Origin: Callorhinchus milii
Taxonomy: Eukaryota
Length of the DNA stretch: 64,000 nt
Direction: 5' to 3'
Assembly: GCF_018977255.1 (NCBI RefSeq)
Contig: NW_024704743.1
Location: 930,001-994,000, forward strand
Below the pieces are notes generated by a model that saw only the letters and a list, made by a program, of their open reading frames with translations, had not been told where the DNA came from and did no database searches. Positions 24,801 through 36,800 of the stretch are shown piece after piece (the first letter of the stretch is position 1; each line of letters opens with the position of its first letter). The position numbers and the translations under genes are program-made.

Positions 24801-27800
24801 GAACAAATGTGGCAAGGATACAGATCCAGCACCAGGACCAGCGTCCTCTTGGTCTCAAACATGTCCAGCAAGCAGGTGATCCTCGGATGGTTAACTCTGG
24901 ATAAGAGGGCGAGTTCCTTAAAGGCCCGGGAACTGGTGCTTCTCCTGAGCGGAATGAACTTGGCTGCACTGGACGCACCAGTCTGCTTACTGACAACTCG
25001 CTTCACAAAACCACACGATCCCCTTGGGAAACAAACAAAAAAATGATCTCTCTTCATCACGCGGGAGACACGAGCAGTAATCGACGCGTTCAACGCAGCT
25101 CCCAAACAACAACAACAACAACAAATGGCATTTTTGTATACTGTCGGGGGAGGATGTCTCAAAGGGTCTGGACCTAAGCTGGGGGGTTGGAACTAGGAGG
25201 ATGGAGGGAAGGGAAGGTGGGGGTAGGAGGGCGAAGGGCCATTACCACATCTTACATAGAGGTTAATAAGGTAATAACAAGAGTGTGACCCCCCCACTCC
25301 CCCATAACAATGGTCACTGCTGACGGCTGCTTTGCAGCTGCCACTGACCTGGCTGGATTATTGATTTAGCTCAAGCCCCCGACCCCTCCAAAGCACCTCC
25401 ACCTAATATCTCTCCGTTCCTTTTTCCTTCACCCGCCTATCAAGTTGACTCTTAAATCCATTGATGCTCTTTGCTTCAACCACCGCAGATTCGGACAATG
25501 AGCTTTTAAAGCAAATTTCAGTTCCCTTCTCTCTCTGACCTCGAAACTTCCTCGGGTGCACAACGCTGGAAGAGACAGAGCAGTTTCACTCTGATGGAGA
25601 TGGTCACTCTGATTAAAAGGTCACTAGCGTTACTATCAGTAATTATATGAACAAGTGCGCTGATTGAAGAACGGCTGATTGAGGGTCTGTCTGAGCGCTG
25701 ACTAGAGCAACAACAAGAGGCTGAGGGCTCTTACAATCCAGACACTTCTACATCTTTTCTTATCCACATCTCGCTAATCTTTTATCGATAGAAATTTGAC
25801 TTGTGCGGATTTCGGGATTCCGTGATTGAGATACAAGTGGTATTTAAGTCACGCTGTTTACAGTATTTGTCAGGGACCAGCTAAAACCATATAGTGTGCC
25901 AGACAGCAATATCAATAACAAGCTGGTTAGACTCCAGCAGTTACGCCAACGGTTCCCCAACTATCCGGAGAGAGAGCGCATCCCATTATAACAATCTATC
26001 TCTGGCATTTCCACGTGTAGGTGGGGGTGCAAGGATTTCTCAGTGTGGTTTGGATACTCTTAAGCTCGGTGATGGGTTTCCGCGTGTGTCAGACACTCGG
26101 CTGACCCAAGAAGGATGGAACTGGTGCCTTTACGATCAATCTTCTCAATCGACAAACGTCTGCAGAATAATTTGTTCATTTCAGAAACGGAAGCAGTGCT
26201 TTGTACTCGCATGTAATTCAGACAGACATACCTTCCAATTTCTTCTTTCACATCGTAATAGGAATGCAGTTTCCTTCTCTCTGAAAGTTTCTTCCCGTCA
26301 TCTTCTTTGTCTGAACTGCCCTCTGGCCACCAAAAAAGGGACAACTTATTTTAACACCGTACACTTTTCAGACTGAAGGTTTGACATGTGTCGTCTTTAA
26401 ATTCAACCTGGCAGTTGGACTTTAGAAATCCCAAGACACTATTCATGGAAAGGGACTTTCTCCCGTTGTCCTGGCCTTCACACCAAATTGGTCATTCACT
26501 TAAATAACTCAAAAAAAAATTGGTCACTCAATCCATGATTATTTGTGGGACGCTGCTGTACGCAATCGGCTCCCGTGTTTCGCCCACAAAACACGCAGTC
26601 AATTTACTTTACAGTATATTCTGTGTAGCGCTTGAGACGTCTTGAAGACGTGATAAGGTGCTATACCAAATGCAAGGATTATTATAGTATATATATTGCG
26701 TTTCCTTACAATTTCTTCAGCAATAATAATAATAATCTTGCACTTGGTACACTTGCCTTTCATCCAGGGAGGACGTCCCAAAGCACTTCACAGGATTTAC
26801 TATAAAGCGAGTGACTGTGTATTTAGAGGCAGTATGGGCACAGCCTCTAAAAAACAAACAGGAAGTGTTTTGCTTTTCGTTGGGGGTATTTGATATGGCG
26901 CCTTATCGTGTCTTCAAGACGTCTCAAAGTGCTTCACAGAATATACTGTAAAGTGGAGTGACTGTATATTTTGTGGGTTTACCGTCTAATCTGAAGTATG
27001 GCATCTCCAGTCTAAGATGGCAGTTCTCCCCAGTACTACGCTGGAGTGTTAGTCTAGGCTGTGAGTTAAAATATCTAACTTATCTTCTTAATTAGTTACC
27101 TATCTGTTTTTCACTGTTTTAGTCATTTAATTCTTGGGGTATAAAACTTACACTGCCATCCAGTGGCCGCAGAGGTAACACGGTAACAGAAGTCATAATC
27201 CTTGCATTTGATTCAGTGCCTTATCACGTTGATACGTCTCAAAGCGCTTCATAGGATATACTTTAAAGTGGATTGACTGTGCATTTTTATGTGTGAAACT
27301 CGGCATCGAATTGCAAACAGCAGTGTCCCACAAACAGCCGTGGGTTGAGTGACCAAATTATTTATTCATTTATTTATTTATTTATTTGGAGGGATTATTA
27401 CCCCCCGAAAAGCGATCTGCCAATCGTCTAACAACCAGGTTCCTACTTACTGCAAGTTAAACGAGAGGAGTGTGATGTAAGGAAACTTGCTTAAGGTTTC
27501 GCCCCTGCCGGGAATCGAACCTGGGGCCTCTCTGTTGCGAGGCCAGTGCTCTCACAAATACACTACAGCACTCCACGAATCGAAGATTGTTATCAGAAAC
27601 AGAAGCAGGCCATTCGGCTCACCAAATCTCTTTGCCCAGGGCTCCCCCAACATATTGTTAGGCACTTGGAGAAGTTCATTCTATGTGAAAAGCACCTTAC
27701 AAGTTGTTGCTACAAAAATGTTTTAATGGGACAGAGGACAGCGCCTGTTTACCTTCGTGCTTTAGAGCAACTGAACAGCTTTCAGAGCCTATGTCACCCT

Positions 27801-30800
27801 CAGCAACATACTGTCCCTCATTTTCCTTCCTCTCGAACACGAAGGCGGGGTCGAAGAGGAGGGTCTTGTGAGCATGTTGCTCTCTTCCTTCAAGGTCTTT
27901 CCCAGGGATTTCTTCTCTGTCTTCTCTCTGTAAATCATCCCTGGTAATAAACACAGACGACGTTTCAGCATAAAATATCACTTTACACTACGGTGCAAAC
28001 AGGAATGACCGGAATAGGCTCAGGACGGCAAACCTCGATCGATTCTCCTCTTGGAGAGTCCGACTGGATGACAGACTCAAACCCCAACATTGGGCTTGAA
28101 TGCACAGTTGTCTGAACGAGAGTCGAGAGCTACAAATAAGCCAAGCTGATATCTGGACAAAAAAACAAACATTTATTTACAGAATCTATTTCCTCTGCTG
28201 CAATTTACTATCCCTTCAGCAACAATAAGGTGTATTTATCTAGCGCCCTCCAAACAGGGTAGTGTTTCGGAGAGCGTCCCAGGTACAGTATTGATGGTAG
28301 GCGTGGTGACGGGTTTCTGCTAGTGTCAGACACCTGAGGATTGGCCAAAAAATGAAAGTCCACTATCACTTTGAGTAAGGGTGTAAAACATACCGGGTCC
28401 AATATTCAGATGATGTTGCAGTTGTTACCCCACAGCTAATAGACACCTTGGTGCTTTGTACCGCATGAGTAGCCTGTAAACTCTCCATAAAATCCGATTT
28501 CTCACCAACATGCCACCCTGCAATAAAGAACATAAGAACATAAGAATTAGGAGCAGGAGTCGGCCATTCGGCCCCTCGAGCCTGTGCCCCGCCATTCGAT
28601 AAGATCATGGACGATCTTCAGACCTAACTCTAATTACCCGCCCTCTCCCCATATCCGCTAATCCCTCTATTTTTTAAAAATCTATCAGTCTCAGCCTTGA
28701 AGATGTTCAAGGACTGACATCTACAGCCTTCTGGGGGAGTGAATTCCATAAAGTCACTGCCCTCTGAGTGAAGAAATGTTTCCTCAACTCTGTTCTAAAA
28801 GGCTGACCCTTAATTTTAAGACTGTGACCCCTGGTTATAGATTCTCCTACCGGGGAAACAGACCCTCAGTGACTACTTTATCAGCCCTTTAAGAATCTTA
28901 TATGTTTCAATAAGATCTCCCCTAATTCTTCTGTACTCTAGAGAATATAACAATAAAGTAGGTAATCGAGATGACACCAACGTATAAAATGCAAAGATTA
29001 TTATATCATTATATGTTTAGACTATTCTTTCACACTTCTAAATAAGAGTTTGAATTACTTGGACGGCACAGAAAGTTAAACAACAAGGACCCTATCACCC
29101 ACACCCTCGCCCGTCCACTGGCTTCCCACCACCCCCAGAGGATAGAGTTCAACATCCTTGTCCTTGTCTTCAAAGCCCTCCGCAGACTTGCCTCTCCCTG
29201 CTAACCCCATACTCAAGACCCTCCTCTTCAACCTCGCCTTCGTTCACCCTCCCAGCACTATTAACGATTCACACCTCAGTTGGTCTCATCTCTGAATTAG
29301 TAGTTTGTGGATTCAAGCCCCACAAAAGAACTTTGAGCCCTTATCTGACACTCCAACACAGTGCCGGGAGAGCAGTGCATTGTCGGAGGTGCTGTCCGGA
29401 TAAGACGTTAAAACCGAGATCCTATTGCCTGTTCAGGTGGACATTAAAGATTCCCAGGGCACTGTTCGGAAAGGGAAGGAGAAGGGAGTTTCTCCCTGTG
29501 TTTTCTGCAATAATAATCCACCAGATATTTAAAATAATAATTTGCTGCTTGTCTGTTTGTGGATTATTGTTGTGGCCAAATTGCCTGCCACGTTCACCTA
29601 CAGGTAGTCACTGCACTGTGCAGTAAACTCTAATGCAACGCTTTGAGATGTACTCCCAACGTGAAAGGCATTAAATCAAATGCAAGGATTATTATATATT
29701 ACCTGTCGCCTCTTGTGGATCCAAATGACCGTGACAGCTCTCAGGAACATCCAGTTTGTGGCTCTTGATGTTCCGTAACTTACGCGACTCTTCTTCCAAC
29801 TTACCAGCCGCTTCACGCAAAGCACTGGGAAAAAAAATTGGAAAATAAACGTTCAATCATAGCACAGCTGAAAGGTTTGCCCTTTGGTTTACCTATTTGT
29901 TCAGTGCCCCTTCCTCAAGAAACAATGCATAGACTAAAACGACCGGTTTTAATCGCAGAAAAAAGTGGTCCATTTTGAATGAAAGAAAAAGGAGGGGAAA
30001 TCCAAACATTAAACAGTAAAGGTTTAAAGGCAGAGGAAGAACAAGGAAACCTAAGAGTTCACATGCACAAAAAGTGGGAGCGCAAATTGACAAAGGTAAT
30101 GGAATACTAGGGTAAAAATGGGTGCACAGAGCCCAAAACATCAACTATTCAGACAATGTACTATTCAGTTTTGGGCATCCCAGTTTAGGAAGGTTTCAAG
30201 GCCATGGTGAGGGGATAAAGGGGATTCACCAGGAATTAGAGACTTTCCTGCTGAGCAGGCGTTCTGATCTTTAGATACAGTATACAATACAATACATTGT
30301 AGGTAAAAAGCCATTAAATTAAGATCATTAACCAAAAAAACCTAAAAGGGAGAGGTTAGAGGCTACAGAGAAAGATAAAGGGCTGGCCCAGGGACAATGG
30401 GTCAAATGGCCTCTTTCTGTGCTATAAAAGTCCATGATAAAATCTGTGGGATTATAACTGGTGTGTATAATGGGTTTGGACTTTAGGTAATATTATAATA
30501 TCCCTTGCATTTAATATAGCGCCTTATCACGTCTTTGAGACAGCGCCTCACAGCGCCTCACAGATGCTGTAATTTTGTGGGCGAAACGCGGCAGCCAATT
30601 GCGCACAGCAGCGTCCCACAAACAGTCGTGGATTGAGTGACCAAATTATTATTCTTTTTTTTAAAAGGGATTATTACCCGTGGAATAGCGATCCGCCAAT
30701 CGACTAAAACTGGGTTCCTACTTACTGCAAGGGAAACAGAGGCATGTGGCGTGAGGAAACTTGCCCAATGTTTCACCCTGCTGGGAATCGAGGCCTCGAG

Positions 30801-33800
30801 GCGAGGGCTCTAACCACTCAGCTGCAGGACACCACAGATAAGGGGTTAACAGTGGGTGAGTCGTATTTCTGCCCAATACATTCCCTGCCCAAAATAGAAC
30901 GAAATTCTCAGTTGGGTTTGGAGACGCTTATGCAACAGTGATGGGTTTCGACGGGTATCAGACACCCGGCCGACCACACAAAAAAAATGAAAAACTTGAC
31001 CACATCACCCCTCAGCCTTCTCAGTCTTTACACGGTTCTGGATTCCGTAAATAATAATGAAGACTGAGTTGAATACTTTCCGATTGTGTCTTATGTACTT
31101 AACAATAACCACCTCAAGCAGTCACCTTGACAAACTAAGTTGCTCAGTTACATTCAGGTCAGGTGTGATCGTCCTTCTTCTGAAGGTGGTTGGGCTGAAC
31201 TGTACTTCACGCAGTTTCTTGACGGTTACGCTTTGAATGCTCTCATTTTCCACATCTGTGTGTCGGGGCAGAAAACAAATGTTACTCTTGTAATGGTGTT
31301 TTCTGACACTGAATGTGGCAGATAATTCCACATTCCGACCGCCCTCTGAGTCAAGTTTTTTTTTCTGACCTCCCTTCGATTATTTTTGTGATTATCGTAA
31401 ATTTGTGACCTCTAAATTTGTTACTGATTCGCCAAACAGTGGAAATAATCTATTTACTATATAATTATCTGGTTAGGCTCCAGCAGTTACCCCATCGCAC
31501 ACTCTGGACTCCCCCAAGCCTTGGCTCTTGCCAACCTGCGCTTAATACTTTCCGGAGTTAGGTAAGCAGAATGCGTCCCTCAGAGAGAGAGAGAGCGCAT
31601 TCCATTCCAACAACCTATCTCTGGGATGTCCACGTGTAGGTGGGAGGCAGGGAATTCTCAGCTGGGTTTGGAGACTCTTAAGCAACGGTGACGGGTTTCC
31701 GTGTGTGTCAGACACCCGGCTGGACAGAGAAAAAGAAAAACTTGACCATGTCACCCCTCAGCCTTCTCAACTCTTTAACTCCTCAAGTCTCCCTTCGTAA
31801 ATGAAACTCCTCATCCCTGGTAGCATCCCAGTAAATCATCTGTGCCATCACCCGACAGTCGGGCTGACACTCTTGCATTCTGCAAGGTTTTGATGTGTGT
31901 TTATTCGACATCTTGATACTGTAGGGTACTGTCGTGTTATTTTGATAAGGTCCTGCTGCAATGGTAAAGGACGCTCTGTTCTTGAGTGTTTAAAATACTA
32001 AAGTGAATTGAGAACCTGGACAAGGGACGTCTCTGCCCTGAAACTGAATGATCCAAAACAGGGAAGAATAAGCCCTAAAATTGGAGCTACGTCAATCAGA
32101 AGCGAGATCACAAAACATTTCTTCACAGAAGGTTGAGAGAGCGTGAAAATCATTAACCCTGAGGGCTGTAGAGGCAGAATCACTTGGGATGTTTAAGAGG
32201 AGCTGGATGGGTATTTGGGAAGTTTGGGTATTAAGGATAAAAAACAGGGAAATGGAGAATATTTGCTAGGCCAGGATATTAAGGGATAGGAGGCAAGGGC
32301 GGGTAACTGGTCTTAAGGTACAGATCAGCTATGATCTTATAAAATAGTGGAACAGGCTTGAGGGGCTGAACGGCCTCCTCCTGTTTCTATGTTTCTAACA
32401 GGATGTGCAATGTTCTACCGGGTGCAGCGGTCGAGGCAGGATCCACATTAGCTGAGACACGACTTACGCTTTAGGGGTCTGGTTTGGTCATAGCTGCTGG
32501 TGGGAGATTCTGGCGAGTCTGGTTTAACAGCTGTGTCAATTGCAAGCTCTTTGGTCTCCCCTTCACAATACTCTGGGACACCGAGTTCTGAAGAGACAGG
32601 TTCCGTGCCTTCCCCCTGTTATCTTGCGACAGAGTCACGTAGGTCACTAATGAGGTATCTACTACTTCACTTAATGCCTCGTCGTCACCCTCATGTGATG
32701 AGTGAGGAGTATCTTCCGAAGCTGGATGTGATGCAGTCTCTTCTCCCTGTAGCCAAGGTTCCCTTCTCTCCTCATCCTCTCTTGTCTGACCCCAATACTG
32801 GCTATTCTCTCCGTCTGAGGCGCTTGACAGGACCTCTGCGAAAGATACTCTCTTTGTTTTCCTGGACCCGACTCTGCCCTGGATGTCTGGCCCAAGGTCT
32901 CCTTGCGATGTGTATCTGTGTGAAGGGACGATGGTATTAGGCATGTTCACATGATATGACAATATGTACATTTATAAAGCCAATGTTAATTATACGCTGG
33001 TATATCTGATGAATGATAAATTACTGGGATTATATAAATGACCTAGTGCAGGTAACCACCCAAATCAATGCAGGTACATATATACCAGTACAGCTTACCC
33101 CGTGCAAGTAACACCTGGACATGTACACCTGAACCTGTGCAATTACACGTACCAGCAAATTCTTATGTTCTTATAGCATGTGAAGTGCTTCAAGATGTCC
33201 GCCCGACATGAAAGGCTCTCTATCAAACGCGAGGATTATTATTATCGCAATTTAAGGCATTGACTTTTTACTCACTCTGTGTCGACACTTCTTCTTTGGA
33301 TGCCCAACTCCTTATTCGGTGGGTATTCCGTGTCACCTTTACTCTCTCCGCTTCTTGTTTCTCTTGACAGAGCTGTTAATGTGGGGGCAAATAGTAGGAC
33401 TGAAATGGGATTCAAGAGCCAAGCACAGCGCAAGTTGCAAACCACACTTACACAGAGTGAAATAGCACAGAAACAGGCCACCTGGCCTAACTAGTTTATA
33501 CTCCACACAAGCCCTCACTTGCCTTATTCCCCTCTCTTATCCGGTGTGTATTTATGTCCCCTCATTTGTATAATCCCAACTTGCGCTGCTTGGAAACACT
33601 CAATTTAACTGTCTCATCTCCAGAAAGAAAAGCTCCAACCTGTCTAACGTGTGTCAGTCTGGCTCAGGGTAACACTCCCAGTCTCCTGGCCGACAATCCC
33701 CCAAATAAAAGTCGGTCACTCGCACCATGGCTGTTTGTGTGCAAAATGACTGCCACGTTCACCCCCAAAGCAAACAGTCACTGCACTTTACAGTCTACCT

Positions 33801-36800
33801 TGCGCGCTTTGGGACGTCCTCTGCACTTGTAGCGTGCCTTCCACGTCGGGAGAACGTCCCAAAGTGCTTCACAGGATTTACTGCAAAGTGTAGTAACTGT
33901 AGACTAACTAGCACAGTAGCAATATCATGTCAAACAGCCATGAAGTGTATGAGCAAGCTTATTTGGATTGCTGACCACTGTTCCAGGAAAAACTCTCTTC
34001 TCTCTTAGGAGAAGGATTTGAACAGGTATGCACGGCGCACTTAAAATCTCAACAGAAGGAAAGCACCTCCAATAATACAGCATGATCCCAGCCCTGCACT
34101 GGATGTCAACTAAGATCTTAAGCTCCCCTGGTTATGTATTGACTCCCAACCTTCTGACTCAGATGTGAGAGTGCTACCAACTGAGCCAGACCGACAATTT
34201 GAATCGTTTGTTGTGGGAGTTTTTAGTTGACATCATTTAATTGCTGTGATTTTCTTTAATAGGTGAGATTCGACAAGATAGAGACGAAGGAACGTTGAAA
34301 CCGCTCACTGGCTAACCGTGAGAATTCTGAGGAGGATGGATAATGTAGATTGAACTGGAAGGGTATGAAACTGTATTTGCTTAATAAAATTCCCATCTAC
34401 ATTTATATATCGCCTTCGACCTGAGATGGACATTGAATTGCTGGCTGGGCACCTGAGCTGGGTGTGGGAGCAGGGTGGGGAGAGGAAAGATGCCTGAATG
34501 CACGGTCAAAGAGTTACATCTTGAGATGAGCTTCAACGAGGTGAGGGAGAGAGGGAGTCGGAGGGAATCTTGAGATGGAGTTCTTCCGGCAGTTGAAAGC
34601 CCGCCTTCTGATGGTCAGACAGATAGCTCGGGGACATGAAACATGAGCAAAGTATGAGTTCCTTTGGGTTGAAGCAGGTTCCAGAAGTAGGGTAGGACAA
34701 TACCATGGAGGGATTTAAAAGTGAGATCAAGGATCTTGGGGGAAGGGGAGCTAATGGAACCAAGCAAGGGTGGGGGTGATAAGCTCATGGACCAGAGGGC
34801 ACGCACACAAAATGAATAGCCCTCAATATTTTCCCCATTGAACAGTGCGTAAAGTGAACAGACTCAGAAAAAGCACTTAACACTTGAGTGGAGAGGTAAG
34901 TGGGGTCTCCTTGGAACTGAGCTGGCTCCAAGAATCGAGCCAGCCCCCTGGGGTGGTTTCTGGACCGGGTCCTGAGCCAGCAGGGGCCGCAGTACCCCAG
35001 AGCACTGCTGATGACAGCACAGCCCGGCCTGGCTCATCGGCAGGTCCTGGAAAGGCAGACCAGTCACTTCAGTTCCTATTAACCCTGCAAGCCAAAGCCG
35101 TAGGGTTGTTCTAGCTGGACAAGCAGCGGGAAAGCTTGCCAGATACTGATATCAATAATAATAATAATAATAATCCTTGCATCGTCGGGAGGACGTCCCA
35201 AAGCGCTTCACAGAACACACTGTAAAGTGAATTGACTGTATATTTGTGGGCGAACGCGGCAGCCAATTGCGCACAGCAATGTCCCACAAACAGTCGTAGA
35301 TTGAAAATGACCAATTTATTATTGTTTTTGTTATTATTATTATTAATATTATTATTGTTATTATCAATGGCAAGCTATGCGGTTTTAGCTGGTGAGTCTC
35401 CAGCAGTTACCCCAGCGCACACTCTGGGGTCCCCAAGTCTTGCCTCTTGCCAACCTGAGCCTAATACTTTCCGGAATTAGGTAAGGAGGGTATGTCCCTC
35501 CTAGGAGAGAGAGGGAGAGAGCGAGAGAGGGAGAGAGTGCATTCCATTCCAACGATCTATCTCTGGGATTTCCATGTGGAGGGGGGACGTCTGGAATTCT
35601 CAGTTGGGTTTGGAGACTCTTAAGCAACGATGACGGGTTTCCGCACGTGTCAGACACCCGGCTGACCCCCCCACCAAAAAAAAGGAGTTCAGGNAAAAAA
35701 AAAGACAACACAGAAAGCAGGAGACACACTTTGATTTACTTTTCTAAAGATTACCACACCAAAAGGAAGTAAGTACGAGAATAAAGTACATACAAGAATT
35801 CCTTGAAACACGTACAAGAATGGCCCAGTCTTTTTTTTAGGCTCGTTTTTAAACGCATGATATATTTTTAAAGGCACTGTTTTGAATATGTTTCCCAAAG
35901 CTAATTCATACTGTGCAAAGTGATGTGTGTGTTTTTTTTTTTTCTCTTTCCAGATACAGAAGTAAAAGCTAAAGACAAAACGTGACCAAATCTTGGTGCA
36001 ACGAGTAGCGACTGTAGTTTGAATTCTCTGATGTGGGCTCCACAATCTTTGAGTTGATTGCTGTCCCAGTGCAGAAGCTGCCAATGCAAACCTGCGGTGC
36101 CATTCACCTGGCGCTTGCAGCTCATGCATATTGACCTCGACTCGGAAGGGAAAATCTTGCTTTGGCAATATTGGGCTCGGCAGATATGTTGAGGAGGCAC
36201 GTGACTGTGCTGTTGCAGAACATCGCAACGCTTTGCAAGATTAAAAGATATGTATTGAGAATTCCCGTGAACCCTGTTCTTAATTCAGTTGCCGGAAGGC
36301 ATTCCCAGCATCCGGGAGCTACTTTTCTTGACAGCATTTCAAGAAGAGGACAGTTATCCCGCACTGCGATGCGCTTGAAAAGTGATGGGGGAGCATTTTG
36401 CCAACAGCACAACAGCACCCGGTCTGTGCAATTAGCCCTAATCTATTCTTTCAGCGTCAATTACTCTAAAAAGATGCAACAAATTTTTTAATATAAGCTA
36501 AACTGTCTTCTTCTGGTGAGTAGCCATACACTTGCAAATTGGCCGCTTGCTTTAAACCATTTAGACTGCACAATGAAAGTCACATGTGGTCATCTAACTG
36601 GACAGCCATGGATCTTCGAGCAAAGATGCTTAAAATCTCAATTCCTTCCTTTTTTTTCTCAAGGAGAAATTTGCTGGTCAGTGAGTCAGTAACTAGTAAA
36701 CGAGCAAATGGGAAGGTGAGGAGAAATGTATTCACGCACAGAGCGCTTAGGATTTGAGGCAAAACACATATCGGCCTGCAAGAGGGAAGTAGTCAGATAT

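Noticed and set aside
33040..33155. Degenerate tgcaggta/acacct repeats
   Set aside because: No constant period; looks like decayed low-complexity intron sequence
34263..34362. Exon-like segment on + (taatag|...|gtatga), possibly an antisense transcript
   Set aside because: Only splice-like dinucleotides; no promoter, partner exon or ORF evidence
35689..36491. Cluster of 98-179 aa ORFs on both strands
   Set aside because: No recognisable domain, low-complexity A/T runs and an N base. It fits the obscurin-A 3' UTR, with a possible AGTAAA signal near 35735 that is too uncertain to call.
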